A stretch of DNA of 64,000 nt from Hemiscyllium ocellatum (GCF_020745735.1 NC_083427.1:1581438-1645437); one strand, 5' to 3'; counted from the stretch's first letter, positions 41,642 through 54,983 are shown. A program made the numbers and translations. Notes: generated by a model not told the origin, from the sequence alone.

Positions 41642-42429
41642 GGCATATTTTTAAGGTCAGAAAGATTTGAAAGGAACAAATGGGGCAACAGTTTCACTCA
41701 GACAGGCGGTGCCTATATGAACTTAGCTCCAAAGGAAGTGGTGGAGGCTGGCACAATTGCAACATTTAAAGAGCATCTGGATGGGTATATGAATAGGAAC
41801 CGTTTAGAGAGATATGGGCATAAAGTTGGCACATAGCACTAGATTCATTTAGGTTATCTGGTCAGCATTGACAAGTTGGGCTGAAGGATCTGTTCCTGTG
41901 CTGTACTTCTCCACGAATCCATAACTCTTGCTGTCGGATTGTTCATTGCAGTCATGTATTTTCTACCATTTTCAATATTTACAATTCTTCATAATTGTGA
42001 TAATTTCAATAAAAGTGACACTATCAAGGGCACGATTTATAATTGCAAAGGCTGTGCACTGGCACGAAACAGATCTCTGATTGATTCAGTGATTTGTGAA
42101 GAATGACCATGGCTTCATGATGTACTTTCTCAGTTCCCCTTTTAACCAGGCCAACGGTTTAAGCTATAGCATTTAAAAGTCTCCTGTCCCTTCACAGATT
42201 TGTTCTGAAACCTCAAAGTTCATATATTTCAAATTCCTTTGCAAATTATTCGCAAAAGAAATAAAAACAGTACTTTCCTTCATGTCACAGAGCAATGTTT
42301 GTGTGTTTTCTTGAGCTTGGTCTCGATAACCACACACGTTTTCGAATACATCAACCATGATTTTGTTCCGGACCACATTTTGACATCTGCTTTCCACTGT
42401 TCACCTCCTTCAGCAACCTCCTCGTTTAG

Positions 42430-42800
42430 AATGTGAAACATGGAGCAGAATTAGACCATTCAGTCTATCGAATCTGTCCCGCTATTCAATGAGACCATTG
42501 CAGATCTGATAAACCTGGGTTTCAATTTCCTGACTTTTCCTTTTACAAATTGATTCCTTCACTGAATAAAAATCTCTCCGTCACTCCCTTGAATATTTTA
42601 AATAACCCAGCATCGACCGCCCTCTATGATAAGAAATTCAACAAATTCACAATCTTTTCATAGAACAAATACCTCACCACATCTACGTTAAATAGGTGCA
42701 TCCTTACACTGATTGTTTCCCACAAGGGGAAACAGTTTCTCCAAATCTCTTGCTGATTACAATTGGTATGATAAGATCGCCTTTCATTCTTCTCAATTAC
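42430..42800 (-). mobile_element. CR1-like LINE tail (second subfamily)
   Basis: ggagcagaattagaccattcag...attccttcactgaataaaaatct, similar to 50290-50700. Confidence 0.6.
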
Positions 42801-43269
42801 AAGGCCCAATCTTTTAATTATGTTTATTAAAAAAACCGTTCATATCCGCGATTAGCCGAATGAAATTTGTCTGGACTCCATGCAATGTCAAAATGTATTT
42901 CGATAGATAACGGGACCAAAAATTGTTCACGGTTTTCCAACCGTTATTTGATTATTGGCTTCTATAGTTTCAGAAGGTCTCTTTCCACAGCTCATAAGGA
43001 AGATGACCAAATATGAGTTAATTTGCAGGTGCCAATACTTTTAAAGTGGGACAGGTTTTGTCCCCAATTTGCATAATGTCCTACTTATGGAAAGAAGAAT
43101 TGAGAAGTTAGTCATTCACCACGCCTTACTTAAAAATAACTACTAACTAATTATAATGCATGCCGTGATCATTTCAGCTGGATTCCAGATAATGTGAAAG
43201 CGATTGTTCTTCATACTAATATCGCAATTGATCAAGGATCTCGATCAAAATTGCAGTCACTGAGAACCA

Positions 43270-43770
43270 GGTGAAAAATCGATGCTTTGCGCCATTCCCA
43301 GCAAGTGGAAAATGTTTGTAGTTTTGGAGATCAGTAATCTCAGCGCCAGGACATCTCTACTGAAGTTCTTCAGGATAATCGTGGCTGAACTATCTTCATC
43401 CGTTTCATTGATGACTCCCCTATACCATAAGATCAGGAGCAGGGATGTTCACTAATGATTGTACAACGTTCAGCACTATTCATAACTCTTGAAATACTGA
43501 AGCAGTCCATGTTTAAATGTACCACGATCTGGATCCAGAGCACGATTTGGGCTGACAATTGTCAGCGAAAGTTCCTGCCACTCTAATATCAGGCATTGAT
43601 TATCACCAATAAAATTACCAGAGAGAATCAGTGATATTAACTTTACAGGGTCACCCAATATCTACAACCTTATTGTCGCCATTGACCAGAACCTGAACTG
43701 CTCTCGTAATATAAGTACAGTGACAACAAGAACTGGTCAGCGGCCAGAAGTTTGATTCACTAACTATAGA
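43270..43770 (+). mobile_element. L2/CR1-like LINE RT remnant
   Basis: Collinear with the RT part of 14500-14800 in the opposite orientation. Confidence 0.65.
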
Positions 43771-43799
43771 ATGGTGCTTTGCCTCCTTGGAAGAGAATG

Positions 43800-44100
43800 A
43801 TATTATGATGTGGGTGTGGAATTCCTTCTTGGGAAGATGGCACTCTCAGATGTCACTGTCTGTATTGGTGCTAACAACATAGGCATGAAGAAGACTGAAG
43901 TCCTGAAGACAGATTTCAGCGAGTTAAAAATGAAATTGAAAGACAGATTCTCGAAGGCAGTAATCTTAGGATTTCTGTCTGCCACGTATCAATGGGTAAA
44001 AGGACAGAAGGAGTGATTGGTTCAAAACGTTTTGAAGAGCAGGTGTAGGAAAAGGCGCTTTGGATTTCTGAGGAATTAGAATGGATTCTGCAGCAGGTTG
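43800..44100 (+). mobile_element. CR1 ORF1 (SGNH/esterase-like) remnant
   Basis: ORF 43810-44016: VTVCIGANNIGMKKTEVLKTDFSELKMKLKDRFSKAVILGFL (GxND-type block). Confidence 0.6.
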
Positions 44101-44147
44101 AGTCAATGTTATCTGAACCAGCTACATCTTCACTAGTCAGTCTTCTC

Positions 44148-44356
44148 AGATGCTGGAGATCAGGGTCGAGAAGTATGGTGCTGGAAAAGCACAGCCAGTC
44201 CAGCAGCATCAGAAAAGCAAGAGAGTAGATTTTTCGAACATGAGCACTTAATCAAATGTAGAGCTCGTGCTCAAAACGTCGACCCTCCTGTTCCTCGGAT
44301 TCTGCCTGACTGGCTGCACTATTACCGCACTACACTTTCTGACGATTTCAGTTTCT
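44148..44356. repeat. Head-to-head inverted pair of PLE tails
   Basis: The left arm is the reverse complement of the gaaacgtcgactctcctgctcctcggatgctgcc tail family; the right arm is a forward copy. They join at ~44255. Confidence 0.7.
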
Positions 44357-44639
44357 GATTAATTGTAACTCACAGGGTGTTGGCAGATTGGTAACTCACT
44401 GACAGAAAAAAAACATTGTGTATGAAGTGGAAATAGCTAGATGTCTTGTTGTGTCGATGATCATTGGATGGATCTCAGAGCATTTGAAATCCACCAGAAG
44501 TACCAGCAAATTCGGTGAAAATATCATGTGATTATTGATTCCGAGTTGAATGAGGCAGAGGTGCAATTTAGACACGAACACGATTATACAAGTATTTGAT
44601 GTATATGTATGTACATTTCTCTCTGCGTGTGTGTATATA

Positions 44640-45990
44640 GAGTCATAGAGTCATAGAGATGTACAGCATGGAAACAGACCCTTCGGTCCAACCCGTCCAC
44701 GCCGATCAGACATCCCAACCCAATCTAGTCCCACCTGCCAGCACCCGGCCCATATCCCTCCAAACCCTTCCCATTCATATACCCATCCAAATGCCTCTAA
44801 AATGTTGCAATTGTACCAGCCTCCAGCACTTCCTCTGGAAGCTCATTCCATACACGTACCACCCTCTGCGTGAAAAACTTGCCCTTTAGCCCTCTTTTAT
44901 ATCTTTCCCCTCTCACCCTAAACCTATGCCCTCTCGTTCTGGACTCCGCGACACCAGGGAAAAGATCTTGTCTATTTATCCTTTCCATGCCCCTCATAAT
45001 TTTGTAAACCTCTACAAGGTCACCTCTCAGCCTCCGACGCTCCAGGGAAAACAGCCCCAGCCTGTTCAGCCTCTCCCGATAGCTCAGATCCTCCAACCCT
45101 GGCAACATCCTTGTAAATCTTTTCTGAACCTTTTCAAGTTTCACAACATCTTTCCGATAGGAACGACACCAGAATTGCACGCAATATTCCAACAGTGGCC
45201 TTACCAATGTCCTGTACAGAAGCAACATGACCTCCCAACTCCTGTAGTCAATACTCTGACCAATAAATGAAAGCATACCAAACGCCTTCTTCACTATCCT
45301 ATCTACCTTTGACTCCATTTTCAAGGAGCTATGAACCTGCACTCCAAGGTCTCTTTGTTCAGCAACACTCCCTCGGACTTTACCATTAAGTGTATAAGTC
45401 CTGCTAAGATTTGTTTTCCCAAAATGCAGAACGTCGCATTTATCTGAATTAAACTTCTGCCATTTCTCAGCCCATTGGCCCATCTGCTCCAGATCCTGTT
45501 GTAATCTGAGGTAACCAACTTCGCAGTTCATTACACATCCAATTTTCGTGTCATCTGCAAACTTACTAACTGTACCTGTTATGCTCACATCCAAATCATT
45601 TATTTAAATGACAAAAAGTAGAGGGCCCAGCACCGATCCTTGCGGCACTCCACTGGTCACAGGCCTCCAGTCTGAAAAACAACTCTCCACCACCACCCTC
45701 TGTCTTCTACCTTTGAGCCAGTTCTGTCTCCAAATGGCTAGTTCTCCCTGTATTCCATGAGATCTAACCTTGCTAATCAGTTTCCCACGGAGAGCCTTGT
45801 CAAACGCCTTACTAAAGTCCATATATATCACACCTCCTGATCAGCCCTCATCAATCTTCTTTGTTACTTCTTCAAAATACTCAATCAAGTTTGTGAGACA
45901 TGATTTCCCACACACAAAGCCATGTTAACTATCCCTAATCAGTCCTTCCCTTTCCAAATGCAAGTACTTCCTGTCCCTCACGATTCTCCT
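44640..45990 (-). mobile_element. Young CR1-type LINE 3' fragment (RT)
   Basis: ORFs 45604-45831 ([10 protein letters not shown]...[13 protein letters not shown]) and 44797-45594 (KFADDTKIG...LVRPLLEYCVQFW) are separated by one in-frame stop; (GACTCTAT)n tail at 44641-44660. Confidence 0.95.
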
Positions 45991-47949
45991 CACTTCTGCC
46001 TCCTCCAGTTTGGTCGGTACCTTAGATCCATTGACTTATGCTGAAATAGAGACATCGAGGCCTACAAAACAGTAAAAGTCCAGTCCCTCCATCTTGGGCT
46101 GAAGTGTGGTTTATCCATCGTTGCTCTCCCTCAACGGCTATAACATATTTTCAGCAATAAGGATTTAAATATTCACACAATGCTCTAGGTGAAGTCTAAC
46201 AAAGCTGATTTACAAATGAGGCAACACTTCGCTACTCCTGCATTCAAATCCTCTTGTGATGAAAATTAAAATTCTATAAACCTTTCTAATTGCTTGCTAC
46301 AAGCGGATATTAGCCTTCCGTGTATAATTGGGACGGGCACCCAAAGCCTTTTGTTCCTCTTCTTTTACAAACTTTCATAGTTTGACAAATATTAAGCACA
46401 TCTTAAGAGTGGGTAATCTCTCATTTTCCCAGGATATTTTCAATCTGCTCTTCCCTGATCATTGTTTTAACATGAATTACCATAAGCTCGTAGGCGATTT
46501 TACTTCGTGCCTCCAGGAACCAGATCAAATGTTTTGTGTGCGTGATTAATATTCTTTTGACCTTTTCTGAATATTTTAACTTTTATGTCTGTGAAATACT
46601 TGGTTTCATTTTCTTTGAGAGGTCAGAAAATAAAAATCCCCTGACATCGTCAATTTGATACATAACATTCCAGGAAAAGAAAACTTCCTTCATGTTACAG
46701 AGAGGTGTTGGTCTGATCCGCCATTTCAGACCATCTGGAGATGTCAGCCGTGATATCGATACTTTGTACCCTTCGTTATTTCCTGTATGCTGTTTATCTC
46801 AGTCCACACATTCCAATTTTACATGGTTGAGCACAATCTTGACCAGAGACATCTATTTTAATCAAGAGTCTGGAACCTGCTTTACGCTGAAAAGGGATTC
46901 GCTCCTATTTTTCAATGCTTTTTTACTTTTTGAATTTTAAAGAAATAATATTCAATAACTATAGACGACTCAAAAGTTTGATTGCCTGATGCAGAGGAGT
47001 ACTTCCATTAGTGCAATTGAATTGTCATTCTTCGTTCAATAGTGAGGAACAGTTGTTAATCTGTCAATAATGTTTGTACCTCTCAAGTCAGACAACTATT
47101 GAGAACCTGTATTTCATCATAGATACCTGGTTGTTGCAAAACATCGTCAAGCTTCGAGACTGCAAAATACTGATCAATTTCTGCACGATGAGCTCGGATC
47201 AGCCATCTGCGAGGTTTCAATAAATTGTAACATGTATTTGCATAATGCAAGTTATTGTTCTGATTAATATTTCATATTTAAATTCAATGTTCTGCTGTGC
47301 CATTTATTTGCAATACTTTTAGGAATTTGTCAAGAGTAATATTCATTGCCATAATTCTGCTAAAGATGATGCTTGTACACTTACACAATTACTGAATGAT
47401 GTTGATTTTGTTTGAACTCCGAAACACATCACTGATTTTTTTTTGTTTTGAACATCTGTTTTACAGGATGTATGGCAGAACTGGGATGCCTATCAAGCAG
47501 ATTTCTAATGCATTTCCTAACTTACTCGATACAACGATTAATTGCTTTGAGAGCAAATTCTGGCTGAGACACTGAGCTGCAATCTGAATCAGTGGAGTCC
47601 TGTGTAACTTGATTTCTCAGCTCTATCTGCAACAAATAACTGTCAACCAGATTGCAATTGACTTAAAGTGAACTCAGTTGCGAGGGACATTAGACACAAC
47701 AACTTCGTGGCGTCAAGAAATATTTGAAAGTACTGGACACAGCAAAGGCTATTTTTGCTGCCAAAGTCCATACAGTAGTTACAAATTTAAATGCTCCATA
47801 TATTTCCAGTACAAGCGCGTCCAGTACAACTACATTGCTGTCAACTTCCAGCAACACAGAACCCTTCCCACATGCACCTTGCCCAGGAATATAGGGCAAT
47901 AACAAAAGCAGAAAATAGCCCAGCAGTTGACTGCTGTTAGTCATCATAA

Positions 47950-48620
47950 ACAAAAGGAGGGCAATCTCGGTGATACGGGGGAATTCAGTGAGTGTAATGG
48001 TATCAAGTGGAGATGGCAAGATCCTTTCTTGTTGCAGATGGTTACTGGCTGACCATGTGAGTTGCTAATATTTGTCATTTCTCAGCCGAACCCTGGGCAT
48101 TTTCCAGGTCTTCCTGCATTTGGCCACTCATGCCTTTCGTTTCTGAGGGGTTGTGAATTGTATTGAATATTGTGTCTTCTTTAGAAAACATCACACTTCT
48201 GATCTGAAGATGATAAATGAAGTTGCTGAAGATGTTTGAATATATGACATCACTTTGAGTATTTCCAACAGAGATGTTCTGGAGCTGAAATATCTGACAC
48301 CAATATCCACAGTGATCCCTCCTTTGCGATAGGTATGTGTGGAACCAGTGGAGAGTTTTGATTCTGATCGATTTCAGTTTTGCTCGGGTTTCTTCACTCT
48401 ACACGCGTTCAACTGTGGCATTGATGTGAAGAATTCACTTATCTGCTTCACCTCTGGAATTCGGCTCATGTGTCCATATTTGAAACAAGACTGCACTAAC
48501 TTCAATATCTCGGCAGCCTTGGCAGAAGTCATACTGACTGCAAAGTCATTGGTTCTTTTTAACTCTGCTGAAGAGCCGTACCATCACATTTCCAGTGATC
48601 AAAATTTTACTGATTGGGTG
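47950..48620 (-). mobile_element. L2/CR1-like LINE RT remnant
   Basis: Degenerate similarity to 14500-15000. Confidence 0.5.
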
Positions 48621-50289
48621 ATAATTGTTCGGAATGGATAAGGAAATAACGAGGCAATGTTCATCATTGCTGTTTAGATGGCATTATTGCAGCTTTACCA
48701 GAACAACTTGGCTCGTGGGACAACAGGTTTTGCAAAATAAACATTGAGTACATTTGGAGGAACGTTGTAAGTCCTCATTGAATTATCTGGAGCCTACAAA
48801 TGACAGTATGATCAAGAATGAATCGAAACTGATGACTGGCAGGTTCGATTTCTGGGGCCTCTGCCAGAACAGAAATTTAAGAAGATTACTGACCACCTTC
48901 TGAAGGGCAAGGATGCTAGCCTAACCATGTTATACATATCCCATGAATTAATCAATTATGAAATAGCAGTACTCCAATTTTCAATGCACAAATTTACTTT
49001 GGCAGAAATAGACAGGGTGTGCTTGGGATGACAATAAACTACAAGTTTCCTTCCAAGCTTAGACTAATGTTATTTTCTCTCACGAATTTTAAGAAGCTGC
49101 ATTGGAATTTTCTGACAGAAATGTGGGAGCTTCTCCTGATAGTCTGAAGTGATTCAAGAAGATGTCAGTCTATTATCTTATCAGGAGTAATTTGGAACTG
49201 TAGCCAAAACAGGACGGAGCGTTCTCACTCTTTTATAAACGTAGAGTTGCAATATCAATGAAAATAAAACACTTATTACTCGATCTAAAATAATTTACAT
49301 AGCCCATGTGCAGCTCGTGATAACTGAGATTTATTCTTCCCATTAGTATTGATTTGTGGCAAATTCTCAGTTGTTATAAATTGAAAATATTGTTCTGGAC
49401 AGAAACTGATGTGAGGAACATTAATTATTGATTTTACGGGAGCGGGAAGGTGAAGGCAATAAGAGACAAGAAACGAGCTAGTTCCTTCTTTTAGTTCCCT
49501 TATGATACAGAAATATTGGACCATTTGTGGCATCGGGGCGAACCCGACTGTATGTTGCGGTGAACACTGCAATTATTGATTGGCTGAACTGCAGTTATTA
49601 TTTTTGTTTAGAAAAGTTAAACATTTGAAACTGTGATGATGCATTTCGTAAACTGCAGTTTTTTGGTTTGTTTAATTGCGGTCTTTTATCAAATATATTA
49701 AGTCGTTTGCATGAAGTAATAAGGGTCGTTAAGTCTACAACACAGCTTACATTGATATAAGTGCTCCCCGTCTCATGCCGACGACAGAGCTTCACAAACA
49801 ATGAGTATTCTTGGAGGCAAAACAGTGAAACATACATAGTAGATACATTGTTTTAGTCTTGACAACTAATTCTAAATATTATTTCCTGATACATTCGTTT
49901 ATGCATTCCATGTTTAATATTCTTCCAGCACCACCCAGAATTCATATTGCATTCAAAATTGCTAACACTCTAGCATTATTAGGAATTCTAAGCGTTACCA
50001 TACAACCATCAAAACAACCTGGTGTGGATTCTGAGTAGAGACCAACTTATGTGCATTCTGGCGAAAATGTGACACTTCTGCATCAACATGTTTTGTGGAC
50101 TAATATAACTTTAGGGTTATGTGTGTGCTTTATGACAGTATGAATAAGTTCTAGTAGAAGATAGAGGAAATTTAGAGAGAGTTGAGAACCCCCAACTGAC
50201 TGCATTCACAATACTGTAAAATACTCTGCAAAATGTGTCAATATTAAACTGTAAAACCTTCAGACGTGTGGTATTAATAAATTAATTTT

Positions 50290-51300
50290 GAATCCTCGAT
50301 CTGCCCCATCATTCCAGCATTGCTGACATGCCTCTCAACCCCATTCTTCTGCTTTCTCTCCGGAACCCTTGATTCCCTTCCTAATCAAGAAACTAAATCT
50401 GTATTAAATACACTGAATGGTCTAGACTCCACAAACCTCAGCGACATGGAGTTATACGCTTCTGTTGAATAAATTCCTCTCCATCTCAATTTTGAAGGTT
50501 CGTCCCTTCACGCTGAGGATATGCCCTCGTATTGAAGGCTGTTGTGCGAGGGAAATTATCTTCTGCTCATACACTGTATACAGTTTTATCAGTATTCAGT
50601 AAGATTCAATGACACTCCACCCTTATTCTTCGAAACTGCATTGCGCTCAAAGGCAGAATCTTCAACTGATCTTCATAAGATAAGCCTGGTATCCAGTGGA
50701 TCATTTTTGTAAAGCCTCTGTGGACTCCCTCCAATGCCACACGTCCTTCTTTAGACAGGAGTCCAAAACTGCCCACAATATTCCAAATGTGCTCCTAATG
50801 GACCCTTATACCCTTGTCCCTCAAACTATCATTGTATAATCTGTGACGTTGGCAACAATGCCCTCAGTTCCTTCGTTTAGATCTTTTATGAATAAAGTAA
50901 ATAGTTGTGGTCCCAACGCTGACCCTGCAGAAATCCAGTAGTCACTGGCTACCATCCTGAAAATGACCTCCCTATCTCCACATTTTTCTTCTGACATCAG
51001 CCAATTCGCCACTTATGTCAGTGAGTTATGCCAAACACTATGGCTCTTATTTTATTTAGCAGGTCTCCATGCTTGTCAAAATCAAAGTACATCGTGTTTA
51101 CTGGGTCTCCTTTGTCTTACTTGATGGTTGCCTCCTCAAATAATTTTTTTTTCAGATTTGTAAGGCATGGCTTCCCATTGACGAAGCTGAAACAACCCTA
51201 TTTTATCAATCACACGCAAGTATTCTGCAATCTTACGTTGAATAATGGACATGAAAATCTTACTAACGACCGAGGTTAGGCTAATCAGCATAAATGTCAC
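50290..51300 (-). mobile_element. CR1-like LINE RT/3' remnant
   Basis: ORF 50821-51012: SAGSALGPQLFTLFIKDLNEGTEGIVANVTDYT. Confidence 0.75.
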
Positions 51301-51419
51301 AGCTTTTGAGTTAAATAATTCGTTGCAAGAAACTGGACATTAACAGATTACCATTTATCTCTTTCTTAGATAAGCTTTCTTAGAGAAGCAATATAAAATG
51401 ACAAAGCCATTATAGCGTT

Positions 51420-51895
51420 AATTAGAACAAAGAACAAAGAAAATTTACAGTCCAGGAACAGGCCCTTCAGCTCTTACCCTGAGCTGATCCAAATCTATTG
51501 TCTAAACCTGTCGGCCAATTCCTAAGCATCGGTATCCCCCTGCTCCCCACCTACTCACGCATCTGTCCAGACACATCTTAAATGAATCTACCACGCTTGC
51601 CTCTATCACCTCTGCCAGCAATGCGTTCCAGACACCCACTGCCCTCTGTAAAAGTACTTGCCGCGTGTATCCCCCTTAAACATTTCAGCTCTCTCCTTGA
51701 AAGCATGACCTCTCGTATAGGAAAAACCTTGCCTTTATCTATCCTGTCTATACCCTTCATGACTTTGTAAACCTCAATCAGGCCCCCCATCAATTTCCTT
51801 TTTTCTAATGAAAACAATCCGAACGTTCTCAACCTCTCTTCATACCTAGAACCATACCAGGCAACATTCTCGTAAACCTTCTCTGCACCCTTGCT
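51420..51895 (-). mobile_element. CR1-like LINE 3' end
   Basis: ORF 51578-51955: LGLFSLEKRKLMGGLIEVYKVMKGID-like segment; (AGAACAA)n tail. Confidence 0.85.
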
Positions 51896-51999
51896 GATAT
51901 ATCTTCTTTCAACCAAGTCTCTATGATTGCAATACGTCATTCTCACAGGCACCAATACAAGTCCTAAGTTTATCTACCTTACACACAATACTCTTTGCA

Positions 52000-52370
52000 T
52001 TAATGTAGATACACTTCAGGCCACCAGTTCTTTTGCATTCATCTGTTATCTGCCTACTCTTCCACTTATTAATGTTACCTTTATGATCTTACATCACTAG
52101 TATCTGCATCACTGTCTAATTGTCTTCTCTTCTGGTTTCCACCACGCCTGGCACATTCGTTTAAAACCTTCCCAACAGTACTAGCAAAAACTCCCCCAAA
52201 GACATTTGTTCCAGTCTGTTTCAGATGTAGACCGTCCATTTTGTAATAGTCCCACCATCCCCAGAACCGGTCCCAATGCCCAACAGATCTGAACCCCCTC
52301 CCTCCTACACCAACCCTCAAGCCACGTGTTTATCCTGCCTATTTTTCATTTCTACGCTGGCTATCAATTG
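52000..52370 (-). mobile_element. CR1 ORF1 C-terminal remnant
   Basis: ORF 52081-52320: FRSVGHWDRFWGWWDYYKMDGLHLKQTGTNVFGG (DGLH motif of SGNH-type ORF1). Confidence 0.75.
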
Positions 52371-52829
52371 ACATGTGCCTTGTGTAGTTTCAGAATACTC
52401 TCCTGAATCATTGGAAACAACGGATCAGACGAAATTCGATAGAAGGCTGATTTTTCAGACTTGGTTTAATTAAGAAGCTGTTATTGAGGAGAACTCGGCA
52501 AATAATAAGTGAATACCATAAAATGAATCATTGCGATCCAAGATAAAAGTTAAGACACACGAATCAGTAATAATATTGATTATTATCATGATGTTAATAA
52601 AGTAAAACATTCTCACATGCAGAAAAATCTGGCTGTCAGAATGCATAAACCACAGACGGCTGAGAGCCTCTTATGGACATCAATCAAGGAAGTTAAATGA
52701 AATCTATGTGTTTTTGTGACAGCACTGCACTGCAACAGTATAACAGCTTCTGTTGTACAGGGCATTGCTAAGGTAAACATCAGATATATATTGGACAGTG
52801 TTGGTCACTGTGCTTATGGAAATGTTAAT

Positions 52830-53240
52830 GAGAAAGAAGAGAAAACAGGGGAGAGAGGCGAGGTCTGTACATTCTGGAGTTAAGCAGAGACAGAAGTCAC
52901 TTAAGTGAAGCATATGGAGTGCTGAGGAAAATAGGTGGGGTCAATGATGAAAGATTGTTTCCTTTTTTGGGAGAATAGAGAAAAAATATCATAGTTTTAA
53001 TACAAGGACTCGACCATTTCAGACAGACATGAAAGAGAAATAATTGCTTATATATTTGTGAGTCTTTGTAATGCTCTTCCACAAAGACAGAGAAATCAGA
53101 ACGGTATTAAATATTTACAAGGAAAGGTAAATAAATTTTTGATTTCAAGTGGATGGAACATTATTCAGTATGAAGGCATGTGGAGCTGAGGCAAATTTCA
53201 GATCAGCCATCATCTTCTTGAATGCTGTAACAGGGCTAGA
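52830..53240 (+). mobile_element. CR1-like LINE 3' remnant
   Basis: Degenerate tail-region similarity to the second CR1 subfamily. Confidence 0.55.
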
Positions 53241-54817
53241 AATGTTGCGCAGGGTGTGGGGGGCATTCTTGTTGCCTCTTCTGAAGATATAAACGGATAA
53301 TAATCAGGAACAAATTAGATATTACTCAGTTTCAGCCAAGCAGCCTCAAAAACTTCGATTCCCTCCACTCCACCTCCACATGGCAAACAGCATGCGATGA
53401 TGCTGAATGTGTTTGCATTTAAAACGGGCACATAGACTACACTGAAAACGCTAAACAACGCTAGCAGTATCTGAGAAGAGCAGAAAAAAAGTTAAGACTT
53501 CACGCCATGTGTTTTAATCGGAGCCCATCTGATGAAATATCATGATATGAAACTCCAACCCTGGTAAAAGTTTTCACAAAATCATAACGCTGTCTGTGAG
53601 GGTTGTGCCTGCTTCCCCAGGCAAAGATTTTACATTTAAACGTATATGCACGGCTCCTGTTTCCAGTTTATGCAATCTCTCGAAGTTCTCTTCTCTATAC
53701 AAACATGTTCCGGCTGTTCATAATTCAAATGCACTAAATATGGACCAACAATTGCAGTGCTTTGAAAAAACAAAGCTCATTTCCAATGTAATCATCATAT
53801 TAATATTTCCACGTTAGTCAACATTCTGTACAATCGTTGGTGCAAGCTTTGAAATCACAGCACACAAACTCTTTGGTGGAGTCAAAAGCTGATCTGTGAT
53901 ATCGTGTTGGAATTTATCATTTGCACCATTTTGAATTGATTTAACAAGCATGAACTGGAATTTCATTTGACTCTTTGTGCAATCCCACCAAGCTCTAACG
54001 TTATGCTCAAAAAGAAGCCTTCCTCAACGGAACAAAACACTTTTAACAATTCAATGCGTATCGAATCCTCCTTTGATTAACAAGTGCCAAAAAACATTTT
54101 ACACTTTCTCCTGAGTTCTGTCTGCTGCTTTTAAACTAAATCACACCAATCTATCAATATCGTCTTGATCTTCCGAATTGCGAGCCATTTTTTCAGTTGA
54201 ATAGAACATTCAACTTTCAGCAGTACCATCTCGAAGATTATTCCCAAATGGATGATGTCAACTTGACGAAAAGCTTCTATCCATTTTTAAACAGGCTGAA
54301 TTTCGTCTCTTTTCTCGTGTTTTTGTGTTCTGAATTCTTGAATTGACTTCAAAGACCAGTTGCAAGTTTTGAATTCTGCAAAATCTGTACTTACTTTCAT
54401 AGCTACTAACAGTCAAAGACTTTCAAATATTGACACACATTTCATACGGAATTTTCAAGAAACGAGTGACGCAAATTAAATCTGGTGTTTCTAATTTTAT
54501 GGTTCTAGCAACCATTGCATGCATACATAACATTGCGTGGCCACTCGGTTGTCAGAGGTCACCATGTGTGGGTTTCGGTCTTAATTATTTAAGTGCCCCC
54601 TTTGTTCATGAATTCGCTGCCTGAACTTGACAAATCTTCATGGATATGGAATTAAAATATCACCAAGTTAAACACAAGGAAATAAGCACATGCTGTTAAT
54701 CTCTCTATTCTCAATTGATGCAGATTTCCATGATGTGATGTTGGTTCGTCTGCACACAGCTCAGCCCATCACGATTCGTGAGTTAGAATCAACGTGATTG
54801 GTTTCTCGCTCCACATG

Positions 54818-54825
54818 ATGCAAAT
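54818..54825 (+). promoter_or_regulatory. Ig octamer (ATGCAAAT) in the IgNAR V promoter
   Basis: Perfect ATGCAAAT ending 115 nt upstream of the leader ATG, in the IgH-promoter orientation. ATTGG (reverse CCAAT) occurs at 54797-54801 and 54901-54905. Confidence 0.7.
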
Positions 54826-54940
54826 GAACAGAGCCTCCCGTGGTTTATTAGGTTGGAGCTCCGACACACGCTGTTACACAGAACAGGTTTTAATTCCAGC
54901 ATTGGCTGCGTATGAAGTTCTGTTTCCTGGTGCAGAAACA

Positions 54941-54983
54941 ATGAATATTTTCTTGTTTTCGTGCCTTTTAGCCTGGTTACCAA
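54941..54983 (+). CDS. IgNAR: IgNAR leader exon (signal peptide MNIFLFSCLLAWLP + first nt of N)
   Basis: ATG AAT ATT TTC TTG TTT TCG TGC CTT TTA GCC TGG TTA CCA A followed by donor GTAAGT (phase 1). Splicing to 55110 gives [25 protein letters not shown], matching the known IgNAR leader pattern (MNIFLLSVLLALLPNVFT). Confidence 0.95.

Larger units (their letters stand above)
40055..41925 (+). mobile_element. CR1-type LINE 3' fragment split by a Penelope insertion (40055-40457 and 41642-41925)
   Basis: Collinear CR1 sequence on both sides of 40458-41641. Confidence 0.85.

Noticed and set aside
54794-54940. In-frame upstream extension of the leader (MIGFSLHMMQ...)
   Set aside because: Overlaps the octamer and promoter; the recognisable signal peptide starts at 54941.
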